The notes below the pieces were generated by a model. That model was given only the letters and a program-made list of their open reading frames with translations, was not told where the DNA came from and did not search any database. Shown here piece after piece: positions 40,981-50,534 of a DNA stretch of 64,000 nucleotides (position 1 is its first letter; the number at the start of each line of letters is the position of its first letter). Source of the stretch: Acidobacteriota bacterium (lineage in GTDB: Bacteria; Acidobacteriota; UBA6911). The translations under genes and the position numbers were made by a program. Location: assembly GCA_963664705.1 (NCBI GenBank), contig OY761556.1, forward strand, positions 2,976,001-3,040,000, read 5' to 3'.

Positions 40981-41115
40981 GGCAGGCTCTTCTCCTTTCA
41001 AAACAGCTCGATGTTCGCGCGATTTTACCCGCGCGTTTCAATAGAAACACAAAACAATAAACTTGATACGTCATGCGGAGCAGGGGAAACCCTGGAAACC
41101 GTCGACTCCAGGCAT

Positions 41116-42672
41116 CTATTGCCCGCCGCTACTCTTCGTCTGTTCACGAAGCCGCGAGATGTAAGAGTCAAATACTTTCACGTTATCCAGGTTCGGCAAG
41201 GGTCTCGCGCTGGGGGATGCGTCGAACAGCATCACCTTTTGACCACCCTCCGCAAAGGCCGGCCACGCAGGCAGTCCCGGACCATTCGGATCCCCTTTCC
41301 TGGCAAAGTTGACCCAGTAGGTACTGATCAGATCGGATAGCTTCAAATCCTCCGGTTTGGGGGAACTCTGACGTCCGTCCAGAGTCTGGAATGCATACGG
41401 GACATCGCTGCCGTGGCCGGAGCCAACATCTGTAGAACCGGGATGATAGTCGAAGAGATATTCGAATGCCTTGCCCTTTCCCTTCTGAGACTGCAGCCGA
41501 GCCCATGTCCAGGTATTCCAGGCGGACGAGCTTTGCCGGACTGCTCTCGACGCCTTTGCGGCTTCGGCATCGGTTGAATGAGGATAGGCGCTCAGGATGG
41601 CATCGGCATGCTGGCCATATTGCGACCGGATCTGTTTTTCGAATTCGGCCATCGTCACATTCGACCGAGTCATGGATGCGGCTTCTTCTGAGGTGTTGCC
41701 GAGCAATATGGGCGTATCATTAAAGCGTCCCGCCAGATATAGGGATGCAAGGTCACCCGGGATCACATACCCGTCTGCCGCCGGCCGGAATCCGCCGCCG
41801 AACCCCTCCATGCCTTTCTGAACCGCTTCTGCGCTCAATGCCCGCGCCGCTTTAAGATCCGCCGCTCCCAGTTTTTTCAGAAAATCCTCGCCTCTCGATT
41901 CCGCCACCTTAAGCGCGGGGATGCCGCCCATTCCGGCCTGAGTCGAAGTCTGCAGCGGGGTAAACGTCCCGCCGCTCATACAGATGACGCGGTGGAACAG
42001 TCCCTTCGAAACCGGGGATGCGGCCAGCATGCTGACCGCAGCGCCGCCGGCTGAATGGCCGAAGATCGTCACATTGGCAGGATCGCCTCCGAATCGGGCA
42101 ATGTTCGCTTTTACCCATTTCAGTCCGGCAATCATATCCTCGAGTCCGTAGGCGCCGGATCCTTTGCCGCTCTCACGACTGAGTTCGGGATGGGCTAGAA
42201 AACCAAATGGGCCGACTCGATAGGCAACACTGACCAGCACTACACCCTTCTTGGCAAAGCCCTTCCCGTCATACATGGAGACACTGGTCGATCCGCCGCT
42301 GAAGCCGCCTCCATAAATCCAGACAATCACGGGAATTTTTTCACCAGACCTTTTGGCGGGCGTCCATACATTCAGGTACAGGCAATCTTCGCCGACCGGA
42401 GATGTATTCCCCTGCGAGTTGGCGGGTTGCATGCAGGCGAGTCCAAAAGCATCCGCCTTTTTAATGCCGGTCCAGGGTTGCAGAGGTGCAGGAGCTTTCC
42501 AGCGCAGATCGCCCACCGGCGGCGCTGCAAATGGAATCCCTTTGAAAATGGAAAGGCCTTCCGAGACGACACCCTGCACTTCCCCGCCCGTCACTTTGGC
42601 CGTTTGAATTTGAGAAGCCGCGAATTGCGCAAATACGCCGGATAAAAAAATGGCGACCAGGACTTTCTTCAT
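41116..42672 (-). CDS. Exported type-B carboxylesterase
   Basis: Signal peptide; FKGIPFAAPPVGDLRW, EDCLYLNVW, YGGGF, GHSAG nucleophile and HGSD motifs. Confidence 0.93.
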   Translation of the reverse strand: MKKVLVAIFLSGVFAQFAASQIQTAKVTGGEVQGVVSEGLSIFKGIPFAAPPVGDLRWKAPAPLQPWTGIKKADAFGLACMQPANSQGNTSPVGEDCLYLNVWTPAKRSGEKIPVIVWIYGGGFSGGSTSVSMYDGKGFAKKGVVLVSVAYRVGPFGFLAHPELSRESGKGSGAYGLEDMIAGLKWVKANIARFGGDPANVTIFGHSAGGAAVSMLAASPVSKGLFHRVICMSGGTFTPLQTSTQAGMGGIPALKVAESRGEDFLKKLGAADLKAARALSAEAVQKGMEGFGGGFRPAADGYVIPGDLASLYLAGRFNDTPILLGNTSEEAASMTRSNVTMAEFEKQIRSQYGQHADAILSAYPHSTDAEAAKASRAVRQSSSAWNTWTWARLQSQKGKGKAFEYLFDYHPGSTDVGSGHGSDVPYAFQTLDGRQSSPKPEDLKLSDLISTYWVNFARKGDPNGPGLPAWPAFAEGGQKVMLFDASPSARPLPNLDNVKVFDSYISRLREQTKSSGGQ

Positions 42673-42958
42673 TGCTGCCTCCATTGAGAGCCCGATAATC
42701 GTAACCAAAAACCTACTTCATCCTAAATTTGATTGGGATGCAAATGATTATATAGGACTTCGTTCATTTCATTTGAATCGCCGGTGAAAAAATCGGTTGT
42801 ATATCTGCCGCGAGATCCGCCAATCTCACAAATGTGTTGCTTTTGCGCAAAAATCGGGAAATATGGACATGCATGGGACGTATGCTCTATAAGGAGCGAA
42901 GCTCTTTGGTGCAAACAGTCCCGCAATCATTCCAGGCATATAAAAGGGAGTGCATGCT

Positions 42959-45343
42959 ATGGCAGACCTAGCAGGAGTAAACGGAACCAGAAAAGATTTC
43001 AGGGTCGTCGGAAAACCCAACCTTCCGGGCGTATTGTCCTGGTCACAGGCAACCGGCGTGGCAAAATTCGGCATCGACTATGCCGTTTCAGGCATGCTTC
43101 ATGCCAAGTTTCTCCGAAGCCCCCATGCGAACGCTCGCATCAAGAGCCTCGATGCTACAAAGGCCAAAGCCATTCCCGGAGTCGTCGACATTGTCACCTG
43201 GGAAGACGAGGATCTTAAAAACCTGGGTGGCGGCGGCCGGATGGGCGCATCTCAGGGATTTCTGAGCAACCTGGCCGACCAGGAAGGGGCTGAAGTCGGC
43301 GCCATTGTTGTCGCTGAAAATGAAGACCTCTGCGAAGAAGCATTGCGCGCGCTTGTTATCGAATGGGAGGAACTGCCTTTTGTGGTAGATCTGCGCAAAG
43401 GAAGAGAGACCGATGCGCCCGTCATTCGACCTGCCCCGCCGGCAGCCAAAGCCGGAAGCCCCGGTGGCGGCATGGGCGGAGCAAGAGGTGCCAGCAACAA
43501 TCCTCCTAAAAAAGGAAATGTCAACTATTCCAACATTAGTGATGGCGACATTGAGAAGGGATTTAAGGAAGCAGATCACATTCTTGAATATGATGTGAAC
43601 ACCGCCGCTTTTGCCGGGCATATCCCCAATCCTTTGGGCACGGTTGCCTGGTGGTTTGACAATCCGCTTCATGGAGAAGGAAAAAACCTGCAAATTGAAG
43701 GAGTCCCCTGGGGGCATGACCAGGTATCCGGCATGAACCGCGTCGCTTCAGACAAAGTTTTCCAGGAGTGCATGTTTGTAGGCGGCCGATACTGTGACTG
43801 GGGCATCCGCAAATCGCAGCAGATCACTCCATTCCTCGCCAAGAGAACCGGCAGACCTGTGCGATGTGTCAACAGCCGAGCGGATATGTATGACTTCAAT
43901 CTGAACCAGCGCTATGTCCATTTGAAGATTGGGTTCAAAAGCAACGGTCTGATCACTGCCATCGACGACTTTTCCATTGCCGACGGAGGCGTTCAGGGAA
44001 GCTCCAATTTCGGGAATACCATGGACCAGACCTATGGCCCCTATTTCACGACGAAGTGTCAGAACGTCAAACAGAATATGGAGGTCGTGGACAGCAACCG
44101 CGGGAAGATGTACGTCAGCGGCCAGCACAATCCAATGAGCTGGGATTCCCTGATGGTGGGACTTTATCTGATCGCGGAAAAGCTGGGCAAGGATCCGATA
44201 GAAATCGCAACGCTGAATCTTCATGGCCCGGAATCCCAGACCGATCCCAACCCCGTTCCCAGCTACGAAGCCTGCGTGGCAGCGGTAAAAAAGATGATGA
44301 ATTGGAACTGGCACCCGACAGCCTCGAAAAAGCTGCCGGACGGACGTTTGCACGGGGCGAGCTTCCGCTATAACCAGTGCCCGCGTCACTCGGTTTCAGG
44401 CTACAACCCCAAACTCGAGCTTCGAGGCGGCATCGTGCACCTGCCCTCCAAGGGGCCCATCATTGGCCACTATGGCCTGGAAGCCAATGCGATGACTGTA
44501 GCGGAGGAGTTGGGTCTTGAATACAAGGATATCCGCATAGATCTGGATCACCATGAAGTCTACAGGCCTTTTGGAGGAGGAAGTGACGGATCGACCGCCT
44601 CTTCCTGGGCAGTGAAGGAGTGCGCCAATATTCTGAAAAAGCGCATCCTGGAAACTGCCATTGAGGAAGCCAATAATCCCCCGGCGGCCGGAGGAATGGG
44701 CATGATGGGAGGGCCGGGAGCCAAACAGGCGCCCAATCCCTTCAAGGGGCTGAAGCCTGAAGACCTGGACATGCAGGGTGGCAAGGTTATTGTCAAAGCC
44801 GATCCAAGCAAGGGGCTTCCGCTGGCACAGGCTGTTCGGGCCAATCTGTTTGCAACCTATTCCGGCAGACCCCCGCAAGCCGTCTGGGCTCAAAGGGGCA
44901 AAGTGCTGGACGCCATGAACGTGGCCACCTGCGAGGTTGCAGTCGACACCGAAACCGGAGAAGTAGAAGTCCTTAGGTTCGGAGTCGTTGCGGATCCCGG
45001 TAAGATCATGCGGCAGACATCACTGGAAAGTCAGATTCACCAGGTAATGGATTTCACCAAAGGATGCCAGCTTCAGGAGGAATTCATTTTCGATCCGAAG
45101 ACCGGAGTGAGACTCAGCACAAACATGTTCGAGTACAAAAAGGTCAGCATGCTGGATATGCCCCAGGTGGATCTGCAGCTATTGGAAACACGGGCCAGCA
45201 ATGCCTGCTACGGAGGCAGCGGCATCAGTCACTCCCTGGCAAACACGCATCTCGTCATCATGGCCATCCACAATGCCATTGGGAAGTGGGTTGAATCGCC
45301 GGCCACTCCCGAAAAGGTTCTTAAAGCTCTGGGGAAAGCTTAG
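42959..45343 (+). CDS. Xanthine dehydrogenase family molybdopterin-binding subunit (divergent), copy 2
   Basis: Collinear with copy 1, with long identical peptide blocks; AAGGGAG RBS. Confidence 0.9.
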   Translation: MADLAGVNGTRKDFRVVGKPNLPGVLSWSQATGVAKFGIDYAVSGMLHAKFLRSPHANARIKSLDATKAKAIPGVVDIVTWEDEDLKNLGGGGRMGASQGFLSNLADQEGAEVGAIVVAENEDLCEEALRALVIEWEELPFVVDLRKGRETDAPVIRPAPPAAKAGSPGGGMGGARGASNNPPKKGNVNYSNISDGDIEKGFKEADHILEYDVNTAAFAGHIPNPLGTVAWWFDNPLHGEGKNLQIEGVPWGHDQVSGMNRVASDKVFQECMFVGGRYCDWGIRKSQQITPFLAKRTGRPVRCVNSRADMYDFNLNQRYVHLKIGFKSNGLITAIDDFSIADGGVQGSSNFGNTMDQTYGPYFTTKCQNVKQNMEVVDSNRGKMYVSGQHNPMSWDSLMVGLYLIAEKLGKDPIEIATLNLHGPESQTDPNPVPSYEACVAAVKKMMNWNWHPTASKKLPDGRLHGASFRYNQCPRHSVSGYNPKLELRGGIVHLPSKGPIIGHYGLEANAMTVAEELGLEYKDIRIDLDHHEVYRPFGGGSDGSTASSWAVKECANILKKRILETAIEEANNPPAAGGMGMMGGPGAKQAPNPFKGLKPEDLDMQGGKVIVKADPSKGLPLAQAVRANLFATYSGRPPQAVWAQRGKVLDAMNVATCEVAVDTETGEVEVLRFGVVADPGKIMRQTSLESQIHQVMDFTKGCQLQEEFIFDPKTGVRLSTNMFEYKKVSMLDMPQVDLQLLETRASNACYGGSGISHSLANTHLVIMAIHNAIGKWVESPATPEKVLKALGKA

Positions 45344-45357
45344 TTGTTTCTCCCTGC

Positions 45358-45405
45358 GGCCTCGATCAAAGCAATGGCGTCTGCGCAACTGCATTGATCG
45401 AGGCC
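45358..45405. terminator. Hairpin between convergent genes
   Basis: 12-bp arms GGCCTCGATCAA / TTGATCGAGGCC. Confidence 0.65.
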
Positions 45406-45440
45406 TTCCCGCAATTTCGCTCTTCATCTGACTTTCGCGT

Positions 45441-48400
45441 TCATCGTTTTCTAAATTCGCCAAGGCGCTGCATCGCGACATAAAATACCGGGACAAAAGG
45501 AATAGCCAGAAGTGTGGAGGAGATCATGCCCCCAAACACCACGGTTCCAAGAGCTCTCTGGCTTGCCGCACCCGGCCCGGTGGCGAAGAGAAGCGGCGCA
45601 ACACCCAGGATGAATGCAAAGGACGTCATCACGATGGGCCGGAATCTGCGGCGCGTCGCCTCAACGGCAGCCTCGGTCGCAGGGATTTCCCTGTGCAATT
45701 CCCGCGCGAACTCAACAATGAGGATTGCATTCTTGCTTGCGAGCGCGATCATCAGAACCAATCCCACCTGCGTGTAGAGATCCGTTCCATAGCCGCGAAT
45801 CATCAGTGCAAGCAGGACGCCAACGAGCGCCACCGGGACAACCAGGATAACCGATGCGGGAGAAGTCCAGCTTTCGTAAAGTGCAGCCAGCACCAGATAG
45901 ACCAAAATGATCGAAAATGCATAAATAAAGTATGCCTGGTTTCCTACCTGCTTTTCCTGGTAGCTCGTTGAGGTCCATTCGGGTGCCAGGCCTTCCGGCA
46001 AAGTGCCGGCCGACAGTTGCTCCATTTTGGCGATCGCCTGGCCCGAACTGAATCCCGGCGCGGATGAGCCGAAGATGGCCGCTGCGGGATAGAGGTTATA
46101 GCGGGTTATCACTTCCGCACCTTGAGTTCTTCGGACTTCCAGGAGTGAACCCAGCGAAACCATTTCCCCCTGCTGGTTCTGAACGTACAGTTTTTTGATA
46201 TCCTGCGGCTGCAGCCGAAAGGGAGTATCCGCCTGGATGTAGACCTGGAAAACCTGGTTAAATTTGTTGAACAGGTTAACGAATGAAGACCCCAGATAGG
46301 ACTGCAGAGTATTGAAAACGCTGGAAAGAGGAACCTGGAGCGATTCTGCCTTGGTTCTGTCGATATCAAGGAAGAGCTGGGGGCTGCTGACGCTGAAAGT
46401 CGTTTGAAGGCCGCGAAGGTCCATTTGGGCGTTTCCCTTCTCAATGAGCGCTGTTACTCCCTGCTGAAGCCGCGTCAGCCCCAAACTGCGCCGATCCTCC
46501 ACCATCATCTGGAAGCCGCCCGTCTGGCCGAGGCCCCGGATCGGCGGCGGAATTACCACAAAGACGAGCGCTTCCTGAATGCCGGCAAGATCCCGATTGA
46601 GATTGGCTACAATCTTTTCCTGGGTTAAAGCAGAACCTCGTTCCTTCCAGTCCCGGTATACGATGAACGTGGTGGAGAAATTCGGGACGTTGGCATTGTC
46701 CAGGACATTGAATCCACCAAGCACGACCCAGAATCCTATTCCGGGAGTCTTCTTGAGAATGGCATCCACCTTTTCTGTTACCGCCTGAACTCGAGGTTGC
46801 GAAACCCCCTCCGGCAGTCTTGCCACCAGAATGGCATAACCCTGGTCCTCGGTCGGGAGAAAGCCTGTCGGACGGTTGATGAAGATCAGAAAGGCAGGCG
46901 TGATGATCATGCCAAAAACAATGATCATCAGGAATGGCCGTTTCACCATCCATGCGACGGTGCGGACATATCCATCGGTGATCATTTGGAAGCCCCGGTT
47001 AAACGTTCGGTAGAAAATATTCGGACGCTTTTGTTTCCGGGCTTTAAGCCACAGTGCACATTGCACAGGCTTTAGTGTCAGCGCATTGATGGCGCTGATA
47101 ACGGTTGTGGATGCAATAACGAGAGCGAACTGGCGAAAAATCTGTCCCGTAATTCCCGGCAGAAAGGCGGCAGGAAGAAAGACGGAGACGAGAGCCAACG
47201 TGATACCCATAACAGGTCCCGTCAGCTCCGCCATCGCCTTGATTGCAGCCTCTTTGGGCGGCATTCCCTTTTCAATAAAGTAAGCACTCCCTTCCACAAT
47301 CACAATGGCATCGTCGACAACAATCCCAATTGCCAGGATCAGGGCAAAAAGCGTCATCAGGTTGATCGTAAAACCCAGGGCCGCTATCGCGATGAAGGCG
47401 CCGATGATTGTGACCGGAACGGTAGTGGCAGGAACGAGCATCGCCCTGAAATCCTGCAGAAATACAAGAATCACCACGAGCACCAGAATAGCGGCAATGA
47501 TCAAGGTTTCGTAAACATGGGAGATCGCGGCCCGGACAAATCTGGTTGTGTCATATCGGATTTCGTATTTCAACCCTGGCGGAAATTGTGTACGCATTTC
47601 CGTCATTGCCCCGTAGACCTGGTCCGCGGCCGCGATGGCATTCGCGTTCGGCAAAGCAAAAACGATGACCAGGGCAGCTCTGTGCCCGGTGAATCTCGAA
47701 AAGTTGCTGAAGCTTTGCTGGCTTAAAACGATACGTCCTATGTCCTTCAGTCGCACGATCTGGGCGGCCTGGCCTGTGGCTGAGCGAATGATAATGTCTT
47801 CGAACTGACTCGCATCGGACAACCGTCCTATGGCACTCAGGGTAAACTGGTGGGGTTGATCCGCAGGCACCGGTGGCGCCCCCAACTGCCCGGCAACAAC
47901 CTGAATATTCTGGCTTTGGATGGCACCAATCACATCTTGTGTAGTGAGGCCGAAGGCCTGCATCCTGGCTGGATCCAGCCAGATTCTCATGCTGTACGCG
48001 CCGGCACCTCTGACAAGCACCTGACCAACGCCGGGCAGTCGGGCCAGCGGGTTCTGCAGGTTGATTACCGCATAATTCGACAGAAAGACCTCGTCAAATT
48101 TTTCATCATCGGAGTAAAGGCTGACGACAAGCAGAATATTGGGAGAAACCTTGCGTACCGTAATCCCCTGCTGCTGGACTCCGCCCGGGAGTTGGGCCAG
48201 CGATCCATTCACAAGATTCTGCACCAGAGCCAGCGATGCATTGAGGTCCGTCCCGATATCAAACGTTATGGTCAGGTTATAGGAACCGTCACTGCTGCTT
48301 GTGGATGAAAGATACATCGAACCTTCAACGCCATTCACGGCCTGCTCAATCGGCACTCCGATCGTCTGGGCCACAACCTCGGCACTCGCACCGGGATATC

Positions 48401-48545
48401 TTGCGCTCACTTGAATTGTCGGAGGCACAATTTGTGGATACTGGGCAACAGGCAACTTCCGGAGGAAAACCAGTCCGACCATGATCGTGACCAGCGCGAT
48501 CACATTGGCGAATATAGGTCTTTCAATGAAGAACCGGGAGATCAT
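45441..48545 (-). CDS. RND efflux permease (HAE1, AcrB/MexF-like)
   Basis: FFIERPIFA, GIVVDDAIV, KNAILIVEFA and RFRPIVMTS motifs. Confidence 0.96.
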   Translation of the reverse strand: MISRFFIERPIFANVIALVTIMVGLVFLRKLPVAQYPQIVPPTIQVSARYPGASAEVVAQTIGVPIEQAVNGVEGSMYLSSTSSSDGSYNLTITFDIGTDLNASLALVQNLVNGSLAQLPGGVQQQGITVRKVSPNILLVVSLYSDDEKFDEVFLSNYAVINLQNPLARLPGVGQVLVRGAGAYSMRIWLDPARMQAFGLTTQDVIGAIQSQNIQVVAGQLGAPPVPADQPHQFTLSAIGRLSDASQFEDIIIRSATGQAAQIVRLKDIGRIVLSQQSFSNFSRFTGHRAALVIVFALPNANAIAAADQVYGAMTEMRTQFPPGLKYEIRYDTTRFVRAAISHVYETLIIAAILVLVVILVFLQDFRAMLVPATTVPVTIIGAFIAIAALGFTINLMTLFALILAIGIVVDDAIVIVEGSAYFIEKGMPPKEAAIKAMAELTGPVMGITLALVSVFLPAAFLPGITGQIFRQFALVIASTTVISAINALTLKPVQCALWLKARKQKRPNIFYRTFNRGFQMITDGYVRTVAWMVKRPFLMIIVFGMIITPAFLIFINRPTGFLPTEDQGYAILVARLPEGVSQPRVQAVTEKVDAILKKTPGIGFWVVLGGFNVLDNANVPNFSTTFIVYRDWKERGSALTQEKIVANLNRDLAGIQEALVFVVIPPPIRGLGQTGGFQMMVEDRRSLGLTRLQQGVTALIEKGNAQMDLRGLQTTFSVSSPQLFLDIDRTKAESLQVPLSSVFNTLQSYLGSSFVNLFNKFNQVFQVYIQADTPFRLQPQDIKKLYVQNQQGEMVSLGSLLEVRRTQGAEVITRYNLYPAAAIFGSSAPGFSSGQAIAKMEQLSAGTLPEGLAPEWTSTSYQEKQVGNQAYFIYAFSIILVYLVLAALYESWTSPASVILVVPVALVGVLLALMIRGYGTDLYTQVGLVLMIALASKNAILIVEFARELHREIPATEAAVEATRRRFRPIVMTSFAFILGVAPLLFATGPGAASQRALGTVVFGGMISSTLLAIPFVPVFYVAMQRLGEFRKR

Positions 48546-49738
48546 TGCCTTGAGCGCCTTTTCGGTGGCGCCGGGGTCGAGTCTTGCACCATCGCATCCT
48601 CCTGCCGGCGTTCCGGTATGATTTCGTGCCCTGGAATCGATCGTACCAGGCCGTTCACAATGACCCATTCTTCTTCATTCAAACCATCTTCGATGACCCT
48701 CAGATCATTTTTCAATGATCCGATCCGAACATTCCGGCGCTGAACGATATTTTTCTCTCCGTCAATCAGGAGATAGGATCCCTGCTGATCGTTGGATACC
48801 GCCATTTCAGGTACGAGCAGAGCCGATCTTTCGTGGAAAGGAATCTGGATTCGCGCATACAAGCCGGGCAGAATCCTTCCGGATGCATTGGGAAACAGTC
48901 CCCGCAGCAGCAATGTGCCGCTTGTGGCGGCCAGGTTTGTGGCGGCAAAATCAACATATCCCCGATGTGGATAATCTTTCTCTTCAAGGACACTCAGGAA
49001 TGCCGGCAGTTTGACGCCGCCGGCCCGCTCCGGGGTCCAGCGCGTCTGACTCATCAAGCGGGCAAGGTCTGCATCGCTTATGTTGAAATATGCATAGATG
49101 GGATCGATCTCACTGATCTGTGCAAGAACAGTATTGGCGCCCGCGCCTACCATATTCCCCGGATCGACCAGCCTGCGATCCATTCTGCCGTCGAAAGGAG
49201 CCCTGACTTCCGTATAAGATAGATTCAGGCTGGCAAGACTTCTTTGCGCTTCTGCCGCACTCAGGTTCGCCTGTGCCTCATTCCTTTGACTTACCCAATT
49301 ATCATAATCGCTCTTGGAAACTGCCGACTTCTGCACAAGGTCGGCATAGCGCCGCATCTGAATCTCGGCATATTCGAGTTGTGCCTTTTGCTGTAGAACG
49401 GCTGCCTCCGCCTGGCGCAGGTTCTCCTGGTACGTATTTTGCTGGATCAGAAAAAGCAATTGCCCCTTTTTGACAAATTGGCCATCCTTAAAATAAACGC
49501 CCTCCAGATATCCCGACACACGGGCAACAAGCTGAACCGTATTGATGGCCTGAGTGTTTCCCGTCAGATCAAGATAGTCCGTAATCTTTCTTCGGATTGG
49601 ATGCGCCACCGTAGCTTTAGGAAGAGACGGAGGGATTGAGGGACTCGCCTCCTGACAAGCAGTAAACAACAGCGGCAAAATTGCAGAATAAATAAGGAGT
49701 ACACAGGCTTGGCGGGAATAGCGAAGACGAAGATCCAT
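48542..49738 (-). CDS. RND efflux periplasmic adaptor (MFP), probable lipoprotein
   Basis: ARVSGYL...VKKGQLLF and EVRAPFDG motifs; LFTAC lipobox-like; start position uncertain. Confidence 0.9.
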   Translation of the reverse strand: MDLRLRYSRQACVLLIYSAILPLLFTACQEASPSIPPSLPKATVAHPIRRKITDYLDLTGNTQAINTVQLVARVSGYLEGVYFKDGQFVKKGQLLFLIQQNTYQENLRQAEAAVLQQKAQLEYAEIQMRRYADLVQKSAVSKSDYDNWVSQRNEAQANLSAAEAQRSLASLNLSYTEVRAPFDGRMDRRLVDPGNMVGAGANTVLAQISEIDPIYAYFNISDADLARLMSQTRWTPERAGGVKLPAFLSVLEEKDYPHRGYVDFAATNLAATSGTLLLRGLFPNASGRILPGLYARIQIPFHERSALLVPEMAVSNDQQGSYLLIDGEKNIVQRRNVRIGSLKNDLRVIEDGLNEEEWVIVNGLVRSIPGHEIIPERRQEDAMVQDSTPAPPKRRSRQ

Positions 49739-49959
49739 TCTATGCAAAGTCATGCAGCCCGTTTGTAAAAGACTCAAAGTTTCTGTTGGGGGGAACGGGG
49801 GGAGGAACTACTTGAGTAAACCAGGGACCAAATTCGTATTAAATTCTAGCGTACAATCGGGCCTTTTCCAAGATCGGCCCTGCCAGCCTTGGGAGTACGG
49901 TACAACGAAAGATGACAATTCGGGGGGGAGGGGAGGGGGGAACGTCAATTGAAGGGACG

Positions 49960-50349
49960 CTAGCGCGGGGAATTTACGGTCCGATGCGTGTGCTGTTCCT
50001 TCGTCACATGCAACAGATAGCCATCTTCCCCGGGAAGCCATAGTTCGGATAGGTAATAGGCATCACCTACTTTGTCGAAGACTATATGCGAATCGTTGGG
50101 TGTCGTGTGGATTTCGGAGCCCAGCCTGGTAATGACGAGGATATCGGCAGCAGGTCCCTTCTTCATGGATTGTATCTGGATCAGGTCCTCTTTATCCCCT
50201 TTCACAATTTGATACTGCCCCGCTGGAAAAGTCTGCTTCCCGACAATGAACGGGAACGGGATATCGGCATGAACACGCTCTGCCGCTTGAGCGGAAACAA
50301 AAGCTACCAAGGCCACCAAACCGAGCGCCAATGCTATTTTTGTCCTCAT
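49960..50349 (-). CDS. Small secreted beta-rich protein (IPFxF...PAGxY type)
   Basis: AAGGAGG RBS; signal peptide (AQA); IPFPFIVGKQTFPAGQY and IVFDKVGDAYYLSE motifs. Confidence 0.8.
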   Translation of the reverse strand: MRTKIALALGLVALVAFVSAQAAERVHADIPFPFIVGKQTFPAGQYQIVKGDKEDLIQIQSMKKGPAADILVITRLGSEIHTTPNDSHIVFDKVGDAYYLSELWLPGEDGYLLHVTKEQHTHRTVNSPR

Positions 50350-50534
50350 TGCAACCTCCTTAATTCTCAATTGATTTGAGGGATTCTGTTTGAAAAATGA
50401 TCAGGTTTTTTCTATTTTCATTTTTCACTCCCTGTCAATTCGAAAATACGAGCTTGGGCCCCTTGCGTTTCAAGTGGGAAGGCTAATCGGTCCGGGGTGA
50501 TCCAACTCGTTCAGCGGTTCATTGCGGCGCTTGA

